Source: an uncultured delta proteobacterium (lineage in GTDB: Bacteria; Desulfobacterota; Zymogenia; Zymogenales; Zymogenaceae). Taken from it: a DNA stretch of 64,000 nucleotides. This document shows positions 30,033-39,920 of the stretch, piece by piece; the first letter of the stretch is position 1; each line of letters opens with the position of its first letter. The stretch is taken from NCBI GenBank assembly GCA_963735595.1, contig CAVTLK010000002.1, positions 96,001-160,000 of the forward strand, in the 5' to 3' direction. Position numbers and translations under genes: made by a program. The notes under the pieces were generated by a model. The model did not search any database. It saw nothing but the letters and a program-made list of their open reading frames with translations, and had not been told where the DNA came from.

Positions 30033-30377
30033 TCAATCGCCCGGCCCGAAGTACTGGCTCTCGGACGGGACGGAGACACCCACGTCGGGCTGGATGTACT
30101 TGCCGTAGACGTACCCGTAGATTCCCTTGTAGACGATGTAGTACCAGTAACCGGTAAACCCGTCCAGCGAATCGGTGAAATCGGTGTGGGCCAGTATCTC
30201 CACGCGGGTCCCCGCGCCCAGCTCCCGCAACACCCCCGTATTGATGGACGGCGCCGGACGCAGGCGAACGGAGCTCCCGGTGATCACGGCGTTGTTTACG
30301 GCAAAGGCCTCGGCGGCAAACGCGGTGCAGATCAGCACAGCCAGCAGCAGGGTACAATACTTCTTCACATCCTTCAT
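30033..30377 (-). CDS. Secreted single SH3-domain protein
   Basis: Signal peptide ending AFA; ITGSSVRLRPAP...GFTGYWYYIVYKGIYGYVYGKYI. Confidence 0.82.
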   Translation of the reverse strand: MKDVKKYCTLLLAVLICTAFAAEAFAVNNAVITGSSVRLRPAPSINTGVLRELGAGTRVEILAHTDFTDSLDGFTGYWYYIVYKGIYGYVYGKYIQPDVGVSVPSESQYFGPGD

Positions 30378-30428
30378 GATATCCCTCCGTTCTCACGGTT
30401 CCCGAGGCCCATAATCCCTATCCCTAAT

Positions 30429-31535
30429 TTAATACAGGCCCCTCAGAATCTCAAGATATTTCTTGAAATTGTCAAGCGACACCTCCGGCGGCACGTTATG
30501 GTCCAGAGACGGGATGAATCCCCCCCTGGGCAGCATCCCGGCGACCTTCGGCTTCACTTCACGCTCGATGGCCGCCGTGTCGGTAAAGAGGGCGCGTTTG
30601 TCCAGGCCGCCGAGGATGATAAGGTGAGGATACTCCTCTCTCACCCGCCTGATGTCCATGCCCGCCTGCACCTCGAAGGGGAGCATCATGTTGATGCCGG
30701 CCTCCATAAAGAGCGGGATCAGGAGCGACACGTCGCCGTCGGAATCGACGGCAAATACCCGTATGTCGGTCTCGGTTTTGATCTCGTCGATAAGGCTCCG
30801 GTAGTAGGGGGCCATGAACTCGTTGACGGCCTTCGGCGAGATCATCGGGCCGTTCTTGTAGGACATGTCCTCGAAGAAAAAGACCCAGTCCACGGGGGCC
30901 TTTTCCCTGACTTTGCGCAGCAGGACGGAGTTCATGAAGCGCCACTGCCCGGCGATCGCATGCAGGAGCGCGGGGTCGCGCCGGATGGCGACCGAAAGGC
31001 CCGTCAGGCCCAGGAGGAGGCGGAGCATCCCGAACAGCCCGCAGCAGTGGGCGCAGGTATAGGTTTCGTCGCCCTTGGCCCTGGCCATATCTATCATGAA
31101 ATCGAGGAACTGCGTGAAGCGCTCCGGGGTCCCGGGGTCAAGCCGCCACCGGAGGTCCTCGAAATCTTTCAGGTTCTTGACCGGGTGGTCGAGGTACTGG
31201 GGGATAGTGGAGCGGCCGTCGGTCTTGACCCGCACGGTGTTGCCCCCTACGTCCCGTTTAATACTATAGTCCGGGCCGGCCTCGACGGTCACTTCTTCAA
31301 AGGCAGGCCAGAAGCCCGGCTCGTAGTCGGTATTGGCGGCTATCGGGAGCCACGAGAGGCTGTCAAAACCGAAATAGTCCGGCCCGGTAAAGGCGGCGTC
31401 GATGACCGTCTCGGGAAGACCCTCGGTGTGCCAGCGGGCAAGGGTCTCGTCCCAGAAGCCGAGGGCGTCATAATAGACGGGCCGGTCGACCTTTTCGAAA
31501 TTGCAGGTTGCGTGGAATCGCTCTCTGACGTTCAT
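30429..31535 (-). CDS. Uroporphyrinogen decarboxylase / MtaA-CmuA family protein
   Basis: EDMSYKNGPMISP; DSDGD; PFEVQAGMD; GGLDK; GFIPSLDH. Confidence 0.85.
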   Translation of the reverse strand: MNVRERFHATCNFEKVDRPVYYDALGFWDETLARWHTEGLPETVIDAAFTGPDYFGFDSLSWLPIAANTDYEPGFWPAFEEVTVEAGPDYSIKRDVGGNTVRVKTDGRSTIPQYLDHPVKNLKDFEDLRWRLDPGTPERFTQFLDFMIDMARAKGDETYTCAHCCGLFGMLRLLLGLTGLSVAIRRDPALLHAIAGQWRFMNSVLLRKVREKAPVDWVFFFEDMSYKNGPMISPKAVNEFMAPYYRSLIDEIKTETDIRVFAVDSDGDVSLLIPLFMEAGINMMLPFEVQAGMDIRRVREEYPHLIILGGLDKRALFTDTAAIEREVKPKVAGMLPRGGFIPSLDHNVPPEVSLDNFKKYLEILRGLY

Positions 31536-31624
31536 GGCGGTCCATTCCGTTAGTTTTCGGAGTCGTTGTCGAGGCCCTAACCGGCAGCGGCAGTCGTGCT
31601 GTCAAATAGAAGGGAACCGCTCCC

Positions 31625-31746
31625 CTTCGTGCCTTTGTGTCTTTGTGGTGAAGATGCCGGCTTCGTCCCGGGAGAAGGGACCTCACCACAAAGGCACAAA
31701 AACAAAGATACAAAGGCACAAAGAACAATTACGCAAAGACACGAAG
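31625..31746. repeat. CACAAAG(G/A)-unit repeat cluster in inverted arrangement
   Basis: CTTCGTGCCTTTGTGTCTTTGTGGTGA (31625-31651) faces TCACCACAAAGGCACAAA...ACAAAGGCACAAAG...GCAAAGACACGAAG. Confidence 0.75.
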
Positions 31747-31762
31747 AAGGGTCACGGCATCG

Positions 31763-33181
31763 TTAGAGCACCTCGGCCTTTATCAGGTTCGTCGTCCCCG
31801 GCCTTCCCCCGGGAAGCCCCGCCGTGATCACCACGAGGTCCCCCGGTTTGACGAGTTCCGTCTTCAGGGCCTCTTCGCGCGCGGCCCGGGTCATGTCCTC
31901 GACGTTTGTGGCGAAGGCCGCCTGCCTCGGTATGACGCCGAAGGTAAGGGTGAGCCGGCGCACCGTTTCTACATCTCCCGAGAGCGCGATGATCGGCTGC
32001 GAGGGCTTGTAGCGTGCGACGAGCCGGGAGGTCGTGCCCGACGAGGTGGGCGTAATGATGGCGGCGGCGTTCAGGTGCTGGGCCGTGTGGTAGGCCGCGT
32101 GGCAGACGGCCCGGGTGATGTCGTCCTCCCGGTAGGCATAGGACTTGATCGGCCATTGCACGGGAAAGGGCGCAACGGCGGCCGCGGCAATCCGCGCCAT
32201 GACGGCCACCACGAGGGCCGGGTTCTTGCCCACGGCAGTCTCCTCGGAGAGCATGACGGCGTCCGTCCCATCCATAACGGCGTTGGCGACGTCGGCCACC
32301 TCCGCCCGTGTCGGCCGCTGCTCCTGCACCATGCTTTCGAGCATCTGCGTTGCGGTGATAACGGGTTTGCCGACGGCGTTGGCAAGATCGATCAGCCGTT
32401 TCTGGACGTGCGGCACCTCTTCCAGGGGTGTCTCCACGCCCAGGTCGCCCCGGGCTATCATCAGGCCGTCGGCGGCCTCGATGATCGCCTCGATGTCGGC
32501 CACCGCCTCGGCCTTCTCGATCTTGGCGATAACGTGTGTTCGTTTATTATGGGACGCGATGATATCCTTGACCCGCGTGATGTCGGCGGCCGACCGCACA
32601 AACGAGACGGAGACCCAGTCGACGCCGGCCGCGAGCCCGAAGGCGAGGTCCTCTTCGTCCTTTTTCGTCAGGGACGGCGCCGAAAGCGCCGTGTCCGGGA
32701 AGTTGACCCCCTTTCGCGACGTGACAAGGCCGCCTTCCACAACATGGGCGGTCACGTGACCCGCCGTCACGTCCTCTACCCGGAGCTCGATTGTCCCGTC
32801 GGCAATGAATATCCGGTGTTTCGGTTTCACCTCCCGGGCGAGCGGATAGGAGATCGGGATGATCGTCTGTCCGCCTGCCTCCTCGTCGGACGAGTCCGAC
32901 CCCCTGAGGATAACGGTCTGGCCTTCTTTTAGCTCGATCTTCCGCTCGCCGATATCACCCACGCGGATCTTGGGGCCGGCAAGGTCCATCATGATCCCGA
33001 GGGGGCGTTTGAGGATTTGCTCGACCTGCCTGACGTGGTCTATGGTTTGCTGATGATCACCGTGGGTGCCGTGAGAGAAGTTGATACGCGCACAGTCCAT
33101 CCCGGCGCGCGCCATCTCTTCGATCATCTCCCGTGATCGGGAAGCGGGACCGATAGTACAGACGATCTTGGTGGGTCTCAT
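31763..33181 (-). CDS. pyk: Pyruvate kinase
   Basis: TKIVCTIGPAS; RINFSHG; AKIEK; MIARGDLG; TATQMLESM; DAVMLS. Confidence 0.97.
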   Translation of the reverse strand: MRPTKIVCTIGPASRSREMIEEMARAGMDCARINFSHGTHGDHQQTIDHVRQVEQILKRPLGIMMDLAGPKIRVGDIGERKIELKEGQTVILRGSDSSDEEAGGQTIIPISYPLAREVKPKHRIFIADGTIELRVEDVTAGHVTAHVVEGGLVTSRKGVNFPDTALSAPSLTKKDEEDLAFGLAAGVDWVSVSFVRSAADITRVKDIIASHNKRTHVIAKIEKAEAVADIEAIIEAADGLMIARGDLGVETPLEEVPHVQKRLIDLANAVGKPVITATQMLESMVQEQRPTRAEVADVANAVMDGTDAVMLSEETAVGKNPALVVAVMARIAAAAVAPFPVQWPIKSYAYREDDITRAVCHAAYHTAQHLNAAAIITPTSSGTTSRLVARYKPSQPIIALSGDVETVRRLTLTFGVIPRQAAFATNVEDMTRAAREEALKTELVKPGDLVVITAGLPGGRPGTTNLIKAEVL

Positions 33182-34044
33182 CGCCGTTCGCCTTTCTTAT
33201 GCGGTTTTGGTGCTCCCTTCTTCGTAAGGGCTTCCTTCTTCATGGGAGACTCTTTCTTCGCGGGGACTTCTTTCTTCGTGAGGACAAAGGCGACCATGAC
33301 GGCGCCCAGAAGGATCATCGGCGCCGAGAGGACCTGCCCCATGGTCAGGGGACCGACGATGAACCCGAGCTGGGCGTCCGGCTCCCGAAAGAACTCGTTG
33401 ATGAACCGGAAGAGCCCGTAGAAGAGGAAGAAGGACCAGAAGGGGATACCCCGCCGTGCGCCGCGCACGTTCATGAGAAAGAGGATCAGAAACAGGAGAA
33501 ACCCCTCGGTCAGCGATTCGTAGAGCTGCGACGGGTGGCGGCAGACCGGGCCACCCCCGGGGAAGACCATGCACCAGGGGACGTCGGTAGCCCTCCCGAA
33601 CAGCTCACCGTTGATGAAGTTTCCGATCCTGCCCAGCCCGATCCCGATGGGGGCGCCGGCCACGACGATATCAGCGACGTCTAGGAACGGGACCTTTTTC
33701 TTCCACGAGTAGTAGATCGTCCCGATAAAGACGCCGATAAAACCCCCGTGGAAAGACATCCCCCCCTCCCAGAGGGCGAGTATCTTGAGGGGATTGACGA
33801 GATAGAAGCCGGGGGCGTAGAAGAGGCAATAGCCGATCCTCCCCCCCACGATGACGCCCAGCATCGCGTAAAAGATGAAGTCCCAGAGATCGTCACCGGA
33901 CAGCTTTACCTTCTTCCTGACGGCAAGGTACTGCATGACAAGAAAGCCGATGATAAACCCGAGCAGGTACATCATCCCGTACCAGCGGATCTGGATCTTC
34001 CATATCGAGAATATAATCGGGTCTATGTTGGGATAGGGTATCAT
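33178..34044 (-). CDS. lgt: Prolipoprotein diacylglyceryl transferase
   Basis: IRWYG; GGMSFHGG; LGRIGNFINGELFGR; HPSQLYE; EFFREPD. Confidence 0.97.
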   Translation of the reverse strand: MIPYPNIDPIIFSIWKIQIRWYGMMYLLGFIIGFLVMQYLAVRKKVKLSGDDLWDFIFYAMLGVIVGGRIGYCLFYAPGFYLVNPLKILALWEGGMSFHGGFIGVFIGTIYYSWKKKVPFLDVADIVVAGAPIGIGLGRIGNFINGELFGRATDVPWCMVFPGGGPVCRHPSQLYESLTEGFLLFLILFLMNVRGARRGIPFWSFFLFYGLFRFINEFFREPDAQLGFIVGPLTMGQVLSAPMILLGAVMVAFVLTKKEVPAKKESPMKKEALTKKGAPKPHKKGERR

Positions 34045-34126
34045 GGCTATTCCTTGTTCAATAGTAACGGTGATAAGAAATCCGACCCGCCTGCGGGGGT
34101 TTGTCCCGGACGAATCGCCGCGCGGG

Positions 34127-35527
34127 CTATGACCCCGCCCGCTCCCGGAAGCGGGCGTAGGAGACCAGCGCCCGTGCGGCCCAGACGGCCCTGCCGGGGT
34201 CGGGGAATACCGGTATCCGCCGCTGCTCGAACGCGGCGTACCATCTCAGGAAGATCGAGCTCTCACCCCCCATAAAACACGCGATGACCGGTTTCCCGGG
34301 ATGCTCGTCACTAATCCGTGAGACGACGCCGGCGGCGTCGAAATCCGACTCCGGTATGAGGGTGAAGATGAGGATGAGTATATCCACGTCGGCCTGGCCG
34401 ATAAGCGCCCGGGCGATGACTTCGTAGGCCCGTTCGGGCCCGACGTTCTCGATGGCAAACCACATGTCCACGGGGTTCTTTACCCGCGCCCAGGCGGGGA
34501 AGACCGTTTCCATCGTTCGCCTGGTCTCTTCGGTCAGGGGAGGTGTCGTCAGGCTCGTTTCGCCGAGGGCGTCGGCCGTCAGGACGCACCCCACGCCGGT
34601 GATGGAGACCACGCCGATGCGCCCGCCGCGGGGAAGTGCGCAGAACGAAAAAACCTTCAGGGCGTCATAGAACCGGTCAAAGTCCGTCGCCCGGGTGGTC
34701 CCGAGAGACGCAAAGAGGCCGTCGTATATCGCGTCGTCCCCGGCCAGGCTGCCGGTATGGGAGGAGATGGCGTCGGCCCCCCGCTCGGTCCTGCCCGACT
34801 TGAGGGCCACGACCGGCTTTTTCTCCGAGACGGCGCGGACGGTCTCGAGGAAGCGCCTCCCGTCCCGGACTCCCTCCAGGTAGACGCCCACCACGTCGGT
34901 GGCGTGATCGTTCCCGAGAAACGATAATACTTCCGTCTCGTCCACGTCGGCCTTGTTGCCGAGGCAGGCCACCTTGGCAACGGAGAAGTTCTGGGACGAT
35001 GTAATCCAGCGGAAGAACCCGGAGGCAAACATGCCGGTCTGCCCGAAAAACGATACCGTCCCCGGGCCGGGCTTTTCCAGGGTCGTGATGGACGTAACGA
35101 ACCGGTCTTTGACGTTTACCGTCCCGATGCTGTTGGGCCCCATGAGCCGCATATTAAACCGCGCCGCGATATCGACCACCTCGCGCTCGAGCCGCCTTCC
35201 CACCTCGTCGCCGGAGTCGGAAAAGCCGGCCGTGGAGATGATGACGCCCCTCACCCCCTTGGCGCCGCACTCTTCCATCGCCTTCGGCACCAGGTCGCGC
35301 GGGATGGCCATCATGGCCAGTTCAAGATCGCCGGGGACGTCCAGGACGCTCGGGTAGGTATCGTGGCCGAGGATTGTTCCGCCGCGCGGATTGATCGGAT
35401 AAATCGAACCTTCCCACCCGAACTCGTGGAGGTTCTGGATGACGATGTTTCCCCCCTTCTTGGGATTGTCCGATGCCCCGATGATCGCAAAACTCGCGGG
35501 GTTAAAGAAGATGTCGACGGGATACAT
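34127..35527 (-). CDS. Acyl-CoA synthetase (NDP-forming) alpha subunit / CoA-binding protein
   Basis: AIIGAS, YPINP, MGPNSIG, LGNKADVDE, SHTGSLAG (phospho-His), NPVD; no ATP-grasp domain. Confidence 0.88.
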   Translation of the reverse strand: MYPVDIFFNPASFAIIGASDNPKKGGNIVIQNLHEFGWEGSIYPINPRGGTILGHDTYPSVLDVPGDLELAMMAIPRDLVPKAMEECGAKGVRGVIISTAGFSDSGDEVGRRLEREVVDIAARFNMRLMGPNSIGTVNVKDRFVTSITTLEKPGPGTVSFFGQTGMFASGFFRWITSSQNFSVAKVACLGNKADVDETEVLSFLGNDHATDVVGVYLEGVRDGRRFLETVRAVSEKKPVVALKSGRTERGADAISSHTGSLAGDDAIYDGLFASLGTTRATDFDRFYDALKVFSFCALPRGGRIGVVSITGVGCVLTADALGETSLTTPPLTEETRRTMETVFPAWARVKNPVDMWFAIENVGPERAYEVIARALIGQADVDILILIFTLIPESDFDAAGVVSRISDEHPGKPVIACFMGGESSIFLRWYAAFEQRRIPVFPDPGRAVWAARALVSYARFRERAGS

Positions 35528-35641
35528 AAACGGTAGCTGCTCCTCGACAATATACGGGTGATAGAGCCGTCATGTCCTTTTTCGTCCGTAGCATGGGGTG
35601 ATATATGCACCGGCGCCGGCGCGCCCGTCCTGCTCCATTGC

Positions 35642-36322
35642 CTACGGCGTTGTCCTGTCCTTGTTTTCTATCGTCTCGTTGACCCGGTCGATCGCGGCGC
35701 CGAGCGTCGTCTTATCGGGCAACGGCGTGGCCGGATTATAGGCCCGGAGCTTTTCCACGATCCTTTCAGCGCCCTTGGTATCGCCCGTCCCGGCGTATCC
35801 CTCCGCCATAAGGCAGGCCGCCAGGAGTCCGTAGGGCTCAAGCTCTCTTGCGTGGGACGAGAGTATGGGGTCTTCGGAAAGCTCCGTAATGTCGGCCGAC
35901 AGGCGGCCCGAAGCGTCTATGAGGGCGGCGTAGTAACCGGCCTTTCTTATGGCGACGAGGTTCTTAACCGCACGGTCGGCGTAGTCGACCAGCTCATCCG
36001 CTGTAAAAATGCGGGCGAGCCCCCGGCCGCCCGTAGACGGGGCGATGAACTGCCCGAAGACCCAGCCGGCCTTGCCCCGGTAGTTGATGCCGTACCAGTA
36101 GTCGCTGAAACCCTCTACCCGGTCCGGCGCGGGCTTTCGGCCGAGGATCTCCACCGCGACGCCCTCTCCCAGAAGCCCGACGGTTGGGGAATCTCCCGCC
36201 GCCGACTCATGTATCTGCACGCGGGAGCCGATGACGACCGCGCTTCGCTCGATCGCGGGGCAGTAGCCCGCCGCGATTGCGACGATACCGATGACAAGGA
36301 GTAGGGTGATTAACTGCTTCAT
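35642..36322 (-). CDS. Secreted SH3-domain protein with a helical C-terminus
   Basis: Signal peptide; VIGSRVQIHES...GFSDYWYGINYRGKAGWVFGQFI. Confidence 0.75.
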   Translation of the reverse strand: MKQLITLLLVIGIVAIAAGYCPAIERSAVVIGSRVQIHESAAGDSPTVGLLGEGVAVEILGRKPAPDRVEGFSDYWYGINYRGKAGWVFGQFIAPSTGGRGLARIFTADELVDYADRAVKNLVAIRKAGYYAALIDASGRLSADITELSEDPILSSHARELEPYGLLAACLMAEGYAGTGDTKGAERIVEKLRAYNPATPLPDKTTLGAAIDRVNETIENKDRTTP

Positions 36323-37143
36323 GGTACGCTCCTATTCTTACGCGCCGAGACGGCCGGCGTCATATCGGGGACCTTCCCATACCACGACTGAATCTCACAG
36401 AAGAGGATGGTTGCGCCGACGACGGTCAGGGGAATGACGACGAAATTGAAAAACGGAATCACGACCGATACAAGCGCCCCCGCCCCGAAACCGAGGCACG
36501 AGGCGCTGTGCCGGAAGATAAACCGACATTTCACGGCAAACGGGAGCCTCCTCCTGGCCAGGGAATAGTCGAGGTTATCGTACGCGAGAAAGAACATCGT
36601 GATGATATTGCCGAAGACCAGATAGAATATCTTGCCGATGATGGGAATGAGAAAGATGATAAGCAGAAACAGCAGGAGCAGCAGCATAACGGCCGTCCGC
36701 TTGAGCTCGTTCTTCATTGAGATGATTATGTCTTTAGTCAGGAGGCGAAACGAAAAGGGTTCTTCCCGCCGTACCCCCTCGAATACCTGTTCGGTTTTCT
36801 GGGAGAGCACCTCGTTAAACGGCACGCAGATAATGCCGGCCAGTATGTAAAAAACCAATGCGCCGAAAAGGACGAGCGCCAGCACCAGCATAATCTGGAT
36901 CGCATGGGACAGGACCACCCAGTACCACTGATCCTGTGCCGGTATGATACGGTCGGCCAGGCTTTCTGAAAGATGCATCCCCACGAAGAAGACCGCCAGG
37001 ACCAGGACGATGTTGATGAGGGTGGGAAACACGGCGTACGCGAGGAGCCGCGGGTGCGCTAGGAGGAACCGCAATCCTCGTATGGGGGCAAAGAGCCCCC
37101 CGACGAACCTGCGGATAATTCCCGGGGGATGCGCCGCGCTCAT
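36319..37143 (-). CDS. EI24/CysZ family membrane protein
   Basis: PFNEVLS; YDNLDYSLARR; IPFFNFVVIPLTVVGAT. Confidence 0.82.
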   Translation of the reverse strand: MSAAHPPGIIRRFVGGLFAPIRGLRFLLAHPRLLAYAVFPTLINIVLVLAVFFVGMHLSESLADRIIPAQDQWYWVVLSHAIQIMLVLALVLFGALVFYILAGIICVPFNEVLSQKTEQVFEGVRREEPFSFRLLTKDIIISMKNELKRTAVMLLLLLFLLIIFLIPIIGKIFYLVFGNIITMFFLAYDNLDYSLARRRLPFAVKCRFIFRHSASCLGFGAGALVSVVIPFFNFVVIPLTVVGATILFCEIQSWYGKVPDMTPAVSARKNRSVP

Positions 37144-38462
37144 CCGGCAACCTCCGGGGCTATGAAGACCAGGCGGATATCCATAACGTTGGTCCTCGTA
37201 GGGCCGGTAACTATCAGGTCGTCGAGTGCTTTGAAAAAGGTATACGAATCGTTGCTATTGAGATACGTCGCCGCGTCCAGTCCCTTTTCCCTTGCCCGGG
37301 CGACGGTGTCAGGCGCCGTAAAGGCGCCGGCGGCGTCGGTCGGCCCGTCGGTTCCGTCGCTGCCGCAAAACAGGCCGAAGACGCCGGGCACTGCCTCGGT
37401 CTCCCGCGCGAACGCGAGGGCGCATTCGGTGTTCCTGCCTCCGACGCCCAACCCCATGACCGTGACCGTGGTCTCCCCGCCCGAAATGAGGCAGGCCGGG
37501 GGCGCGACCGGCCGGCCGTAACGCGCGACCTCCCGGGCGACGGCGGCGTGAAAACGGGCCAGTTCGTGGGTATCTCCGGCAAACGATGATGAAAGAACGA
37601 CGGAGGCATATCCGAGGGCGCCTGCGCGGTTATGCGCCGCGGTGAGCGCCGCCGCGGCGTTCCCGATAACGGTATTGGTGACGCCGTCAAAGACGGCGTC
37701 GCCCGGCTTGGGAGTTTCGGGGATGTCCGATTTTGCGCCTGCGGCCAGGTGCCGCGTGACGGAATGCGGGACCCGCTCGCCGAGCCCGTATCGCGCCAGA
37801 ACCGCCAACGCTTCGGCAAAGGTGGTCGGGTCGGGGGCGGTGGGGCCGGATGCGATGACGGAGATGTCGTCGCCGACCACGTCCGAAAGGATGAGCGACA
37901 CCAGCCGGGCGGGGTGGGCATGACGGGCGAGCCTGCCCCCCGAGAAGGCGGAGAGGTGCTTGCGCACGGTGTTGATCTCGTGTATGTCGGCCGATGATTC
38001 GATGAGGAGCCGGTTGGTTTCGGCAAGATCGGGCAGCGTCAGGCCGTCGGCGGGAAGACTCGTCAGCGCCGAGCCGCCGCCTGATATCAGCACGAGCACG
38101 AGGTCCTCCCGGGATCTCCCCGTGACCATGTCAATGATCCGTTGTGTTGCGGCGGCCCCGTTTTCGTCCGGTATGGGGTGGCCGGCCTCGAGGATCTCAA
38201 AACGCGCCGCCGGATCACCGTGGCCGTACTTGGTCACGGCGATGCATCCGGCGATGCGATCCCCCATGATCTCGGTTACCGCCTCGACCATCGGCAGGGC
38301 CGCCTTACCAAGCCCGACCACATAGACGCGGCGGTACACGCCGATTGTTTCGGCGAGATCCGAGAGAGCCCGCCTGACCACCGCCTTCGGATCGACGCTC
38401 GCCACACAGCTCCGAAAGATATCGAGGGCCTGTTGTTTCACTCGCCGGTGCGCGTCATTCAT
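37140..38462 (-). CDS. Glycerate 2-kinase (MOFRL/TtuD family)
   Basis: GLGKAA; AGHPIPD; LISGGGSAL; IASGPT; SGGETTV; GGRN; DGTDG; TGPTRTNVMD. Confidence 0.92.
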   Translation of the reverse strand: MNDAHRRVKQQALDIFRSCVASVDPKAVVRRALSDLAETIGVYRRVYVVGLGKAALPMVEAVTEIMGDRIAGCIAVTKYGHGDPAARFEILEAGHPIPDENGAAATQRIIDMVTGRSREDLVLVLISGGGSALTSLPADGLTLPDLAETNRLLIESSADIHEINTVRKHLSAFSGGRLARHAHPARLVSLILSDVVGDDISVIASGPTAPDPTTFAEALAVLARYGLGERVPHSVTRHLAAGAKSDIPETPKPGDAVFDGVTNTVIGNAAAALTAAHNRAGALGYASVVLSSSFAGDTHELARFHAAVAREVARYGRPVAPPACLISGGETTVTVMGLGVGGRNTECALAFARETEAVPGVFGLFCGSDGTDGPTDAAGAFTAPDTVARAREKGLDAATYLNSNDSYTFFKALDDLIVTGPTRTNVMDIRLVFIAPEVAG

Positions 38463-38511
38463 GGTATGGTGGAATCCGAAAAGGGTTTGGGCGGCGTTAC
38501 CGTTAAAAACC

Positions 38512-38540
38512 TTGATTTTTCGACGACGATTTCCTATAAT
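38512..38540 (+). promoter_or_regulatory. Sigma70 promoter
   Basis: TTGATT-N17-TATAAT upstream of 38612. Confidence 0.6.
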
Positions 38541-38611
38541 GAGGCAATTCTTGCATAACCGAGGGGCAAAATCAATAGTTAAATTCTTCCGGTGACGGTT
38601 GGGGGTGTGTT

Positions 38612-39919
38612 ATGAAGATCACCTGCCCGCATTGCGGCCTCGTCGGTAATATCGGCGAGGAAAAGCTACAGGCCTCCTCGGGAAGTGTCAGATGCCCGCG
38701 CTGCCATAAGGCCTTTGCCCCCGGCGGCGAAAAACCCTCCGCAGGGGCCGACGGCCCGCCCAAAGGGCGAGGTGCTCCTCCCGGCAAGAAAACGGCAAAG
38801 AAAGCCCCCGTCCTCTTCGGCGCCCGTTCGGGCGACGATATCCCCTTTACCAAGATCATGGAAGAAAGCCAGTTGATATCGGATCAGGACCTCACCATCG
38901 AGATCGAGGAGGTGGAGGCGATCGATATACCGGAGGAGATCGGCGCCGAAGAGGTCATCTCGCTCGGGGAGGATGACATTGTCCCGGACTCCGGCGCCTG
39001 GCGCGACCGCGGGCAGGGCAACGTCGGAGATGAAGCGGCCGATATCCCCGTCGACGATATCGTCGGGTCGATGACAGGCGACATCCCCGATTCGCCGATC
39101 CCGGCGGTATTGGAAGACGCCCCGGTAGTGGAGCCGGCAAAACCGCACACAGGTCTTTCCGGCCTCTTCGGTGCCGGACGGAAGGAATCGGTCGATGTAC
39201 GGCCTCCCCTATCGGTGCGGCCGGCGCCCCGGGTGGCGGGCCTGAGAAAGGGATTTGTCCTTTTCCTGATCATCGTCCTGGCCCTGTGGGGGGGGTATTG
39301 GTTCTTTTCCACTTACTGGCCGCCCTACGCCCAGGAAAAGGGATTCCTCTCCGATTCGCGGGCCCTGTTTGATAAATACCACGAGCTGCGGGTATATCTT
39401 AAGGTCGGGATGCCCGATCCGGTCTTTGCCACGAAGGTGGCCGAGGCCGCCTATTACTGGGAGGTCTACCGGGAGAAGCACGAGGCGAATTATCAGAAAG
39501 ACCCGTTGTTTGCCTCACTGATGGTTATGGGGAGGCTTTTCCTGACCATCAAGGAGCTCCTGGACAGGGACATGTACCCGGATAATTACCTGGGGCTCGA
39601 ATGGGGCGAGGGTTTTGCCTTCCCGATGAAGGAAGACTATGTCAATGCGATGGTGGCGGGTATACCGATCTGCATCAGCGCGGCCGAGGAGAACTTCGTC
39701 TTTTCAAAGAAGATACTCGATCACACGGGCGGCCTTACGTTCATCTCCATGACCGCCGCCGATATCCTCAACACGCCCGTCGGGCCGTCCCGGGCGGACT
39801 ATGCCGCCGACCTGAAGCGCGCAAACAAGGTGTTCATTGGCCTTGATACGCAGATGCCCGTCCTCGCGAAGGCGGTTGCCGATGTGCGGATTATTTTGAA
39901 CAAGCTTCCGGGCAAATGA
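38612..39919 (+). CDS. Zinc-ribbon (MJ0042-like finger) membrane protein
   Basis: MKITCPHC...VRCPRCHKAF; acidic linker; one TM helix; helical C-terminal domain. Confidence 0.8.
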   Translation: MKITCPHCGLVGNIGEEKLQASSGSVRCPRCHKAFAPGGEKPSAGADGPPKGRGAPPGKKTAKKAPVLFGARSGDDIPFTKIMEESQLISDQDLTIEIEEVEAIDIPEEIGAEEVISLGEDDIVPDSGAWRDRGQGNVGDEAADIPVDDIVGSMTGDIPDSPIPAVLEDAPVVEPAKPHTGLSGLFGAGRKESVDVRPPLSVRPAPRVAGLRKGFVLFLIIVLALWGGYWFFSTYWPPYAQEKGFLSDSRALFDKYHELRVYLKVGMPDPVFATKVAEAAYYWEVYREKHEANYQKDPLFASLMVMGRLFLTIKELLDRDMYPDNYLGLEWGEGFAFPMKEDYVNAMVAGIPICISAAEENFVFSKKILDHTGGLTFISMTAADILNTPVGPSRADYAADLKRANKVFIGLDTQMPVLAKAVADVRIILNKLPGK

Positions 39920-39920
39920 G

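Noticed and set aside
29293..30396. 367-aa ORF, and the SH3 pair as a DGR TR/VR pair
   Set aside because: The ORF's N-terminal part is an off-frame shadow of the 30033-30377 gene (real start 29949); differences between the paralogues are mostly synonymous, not adenine-specific
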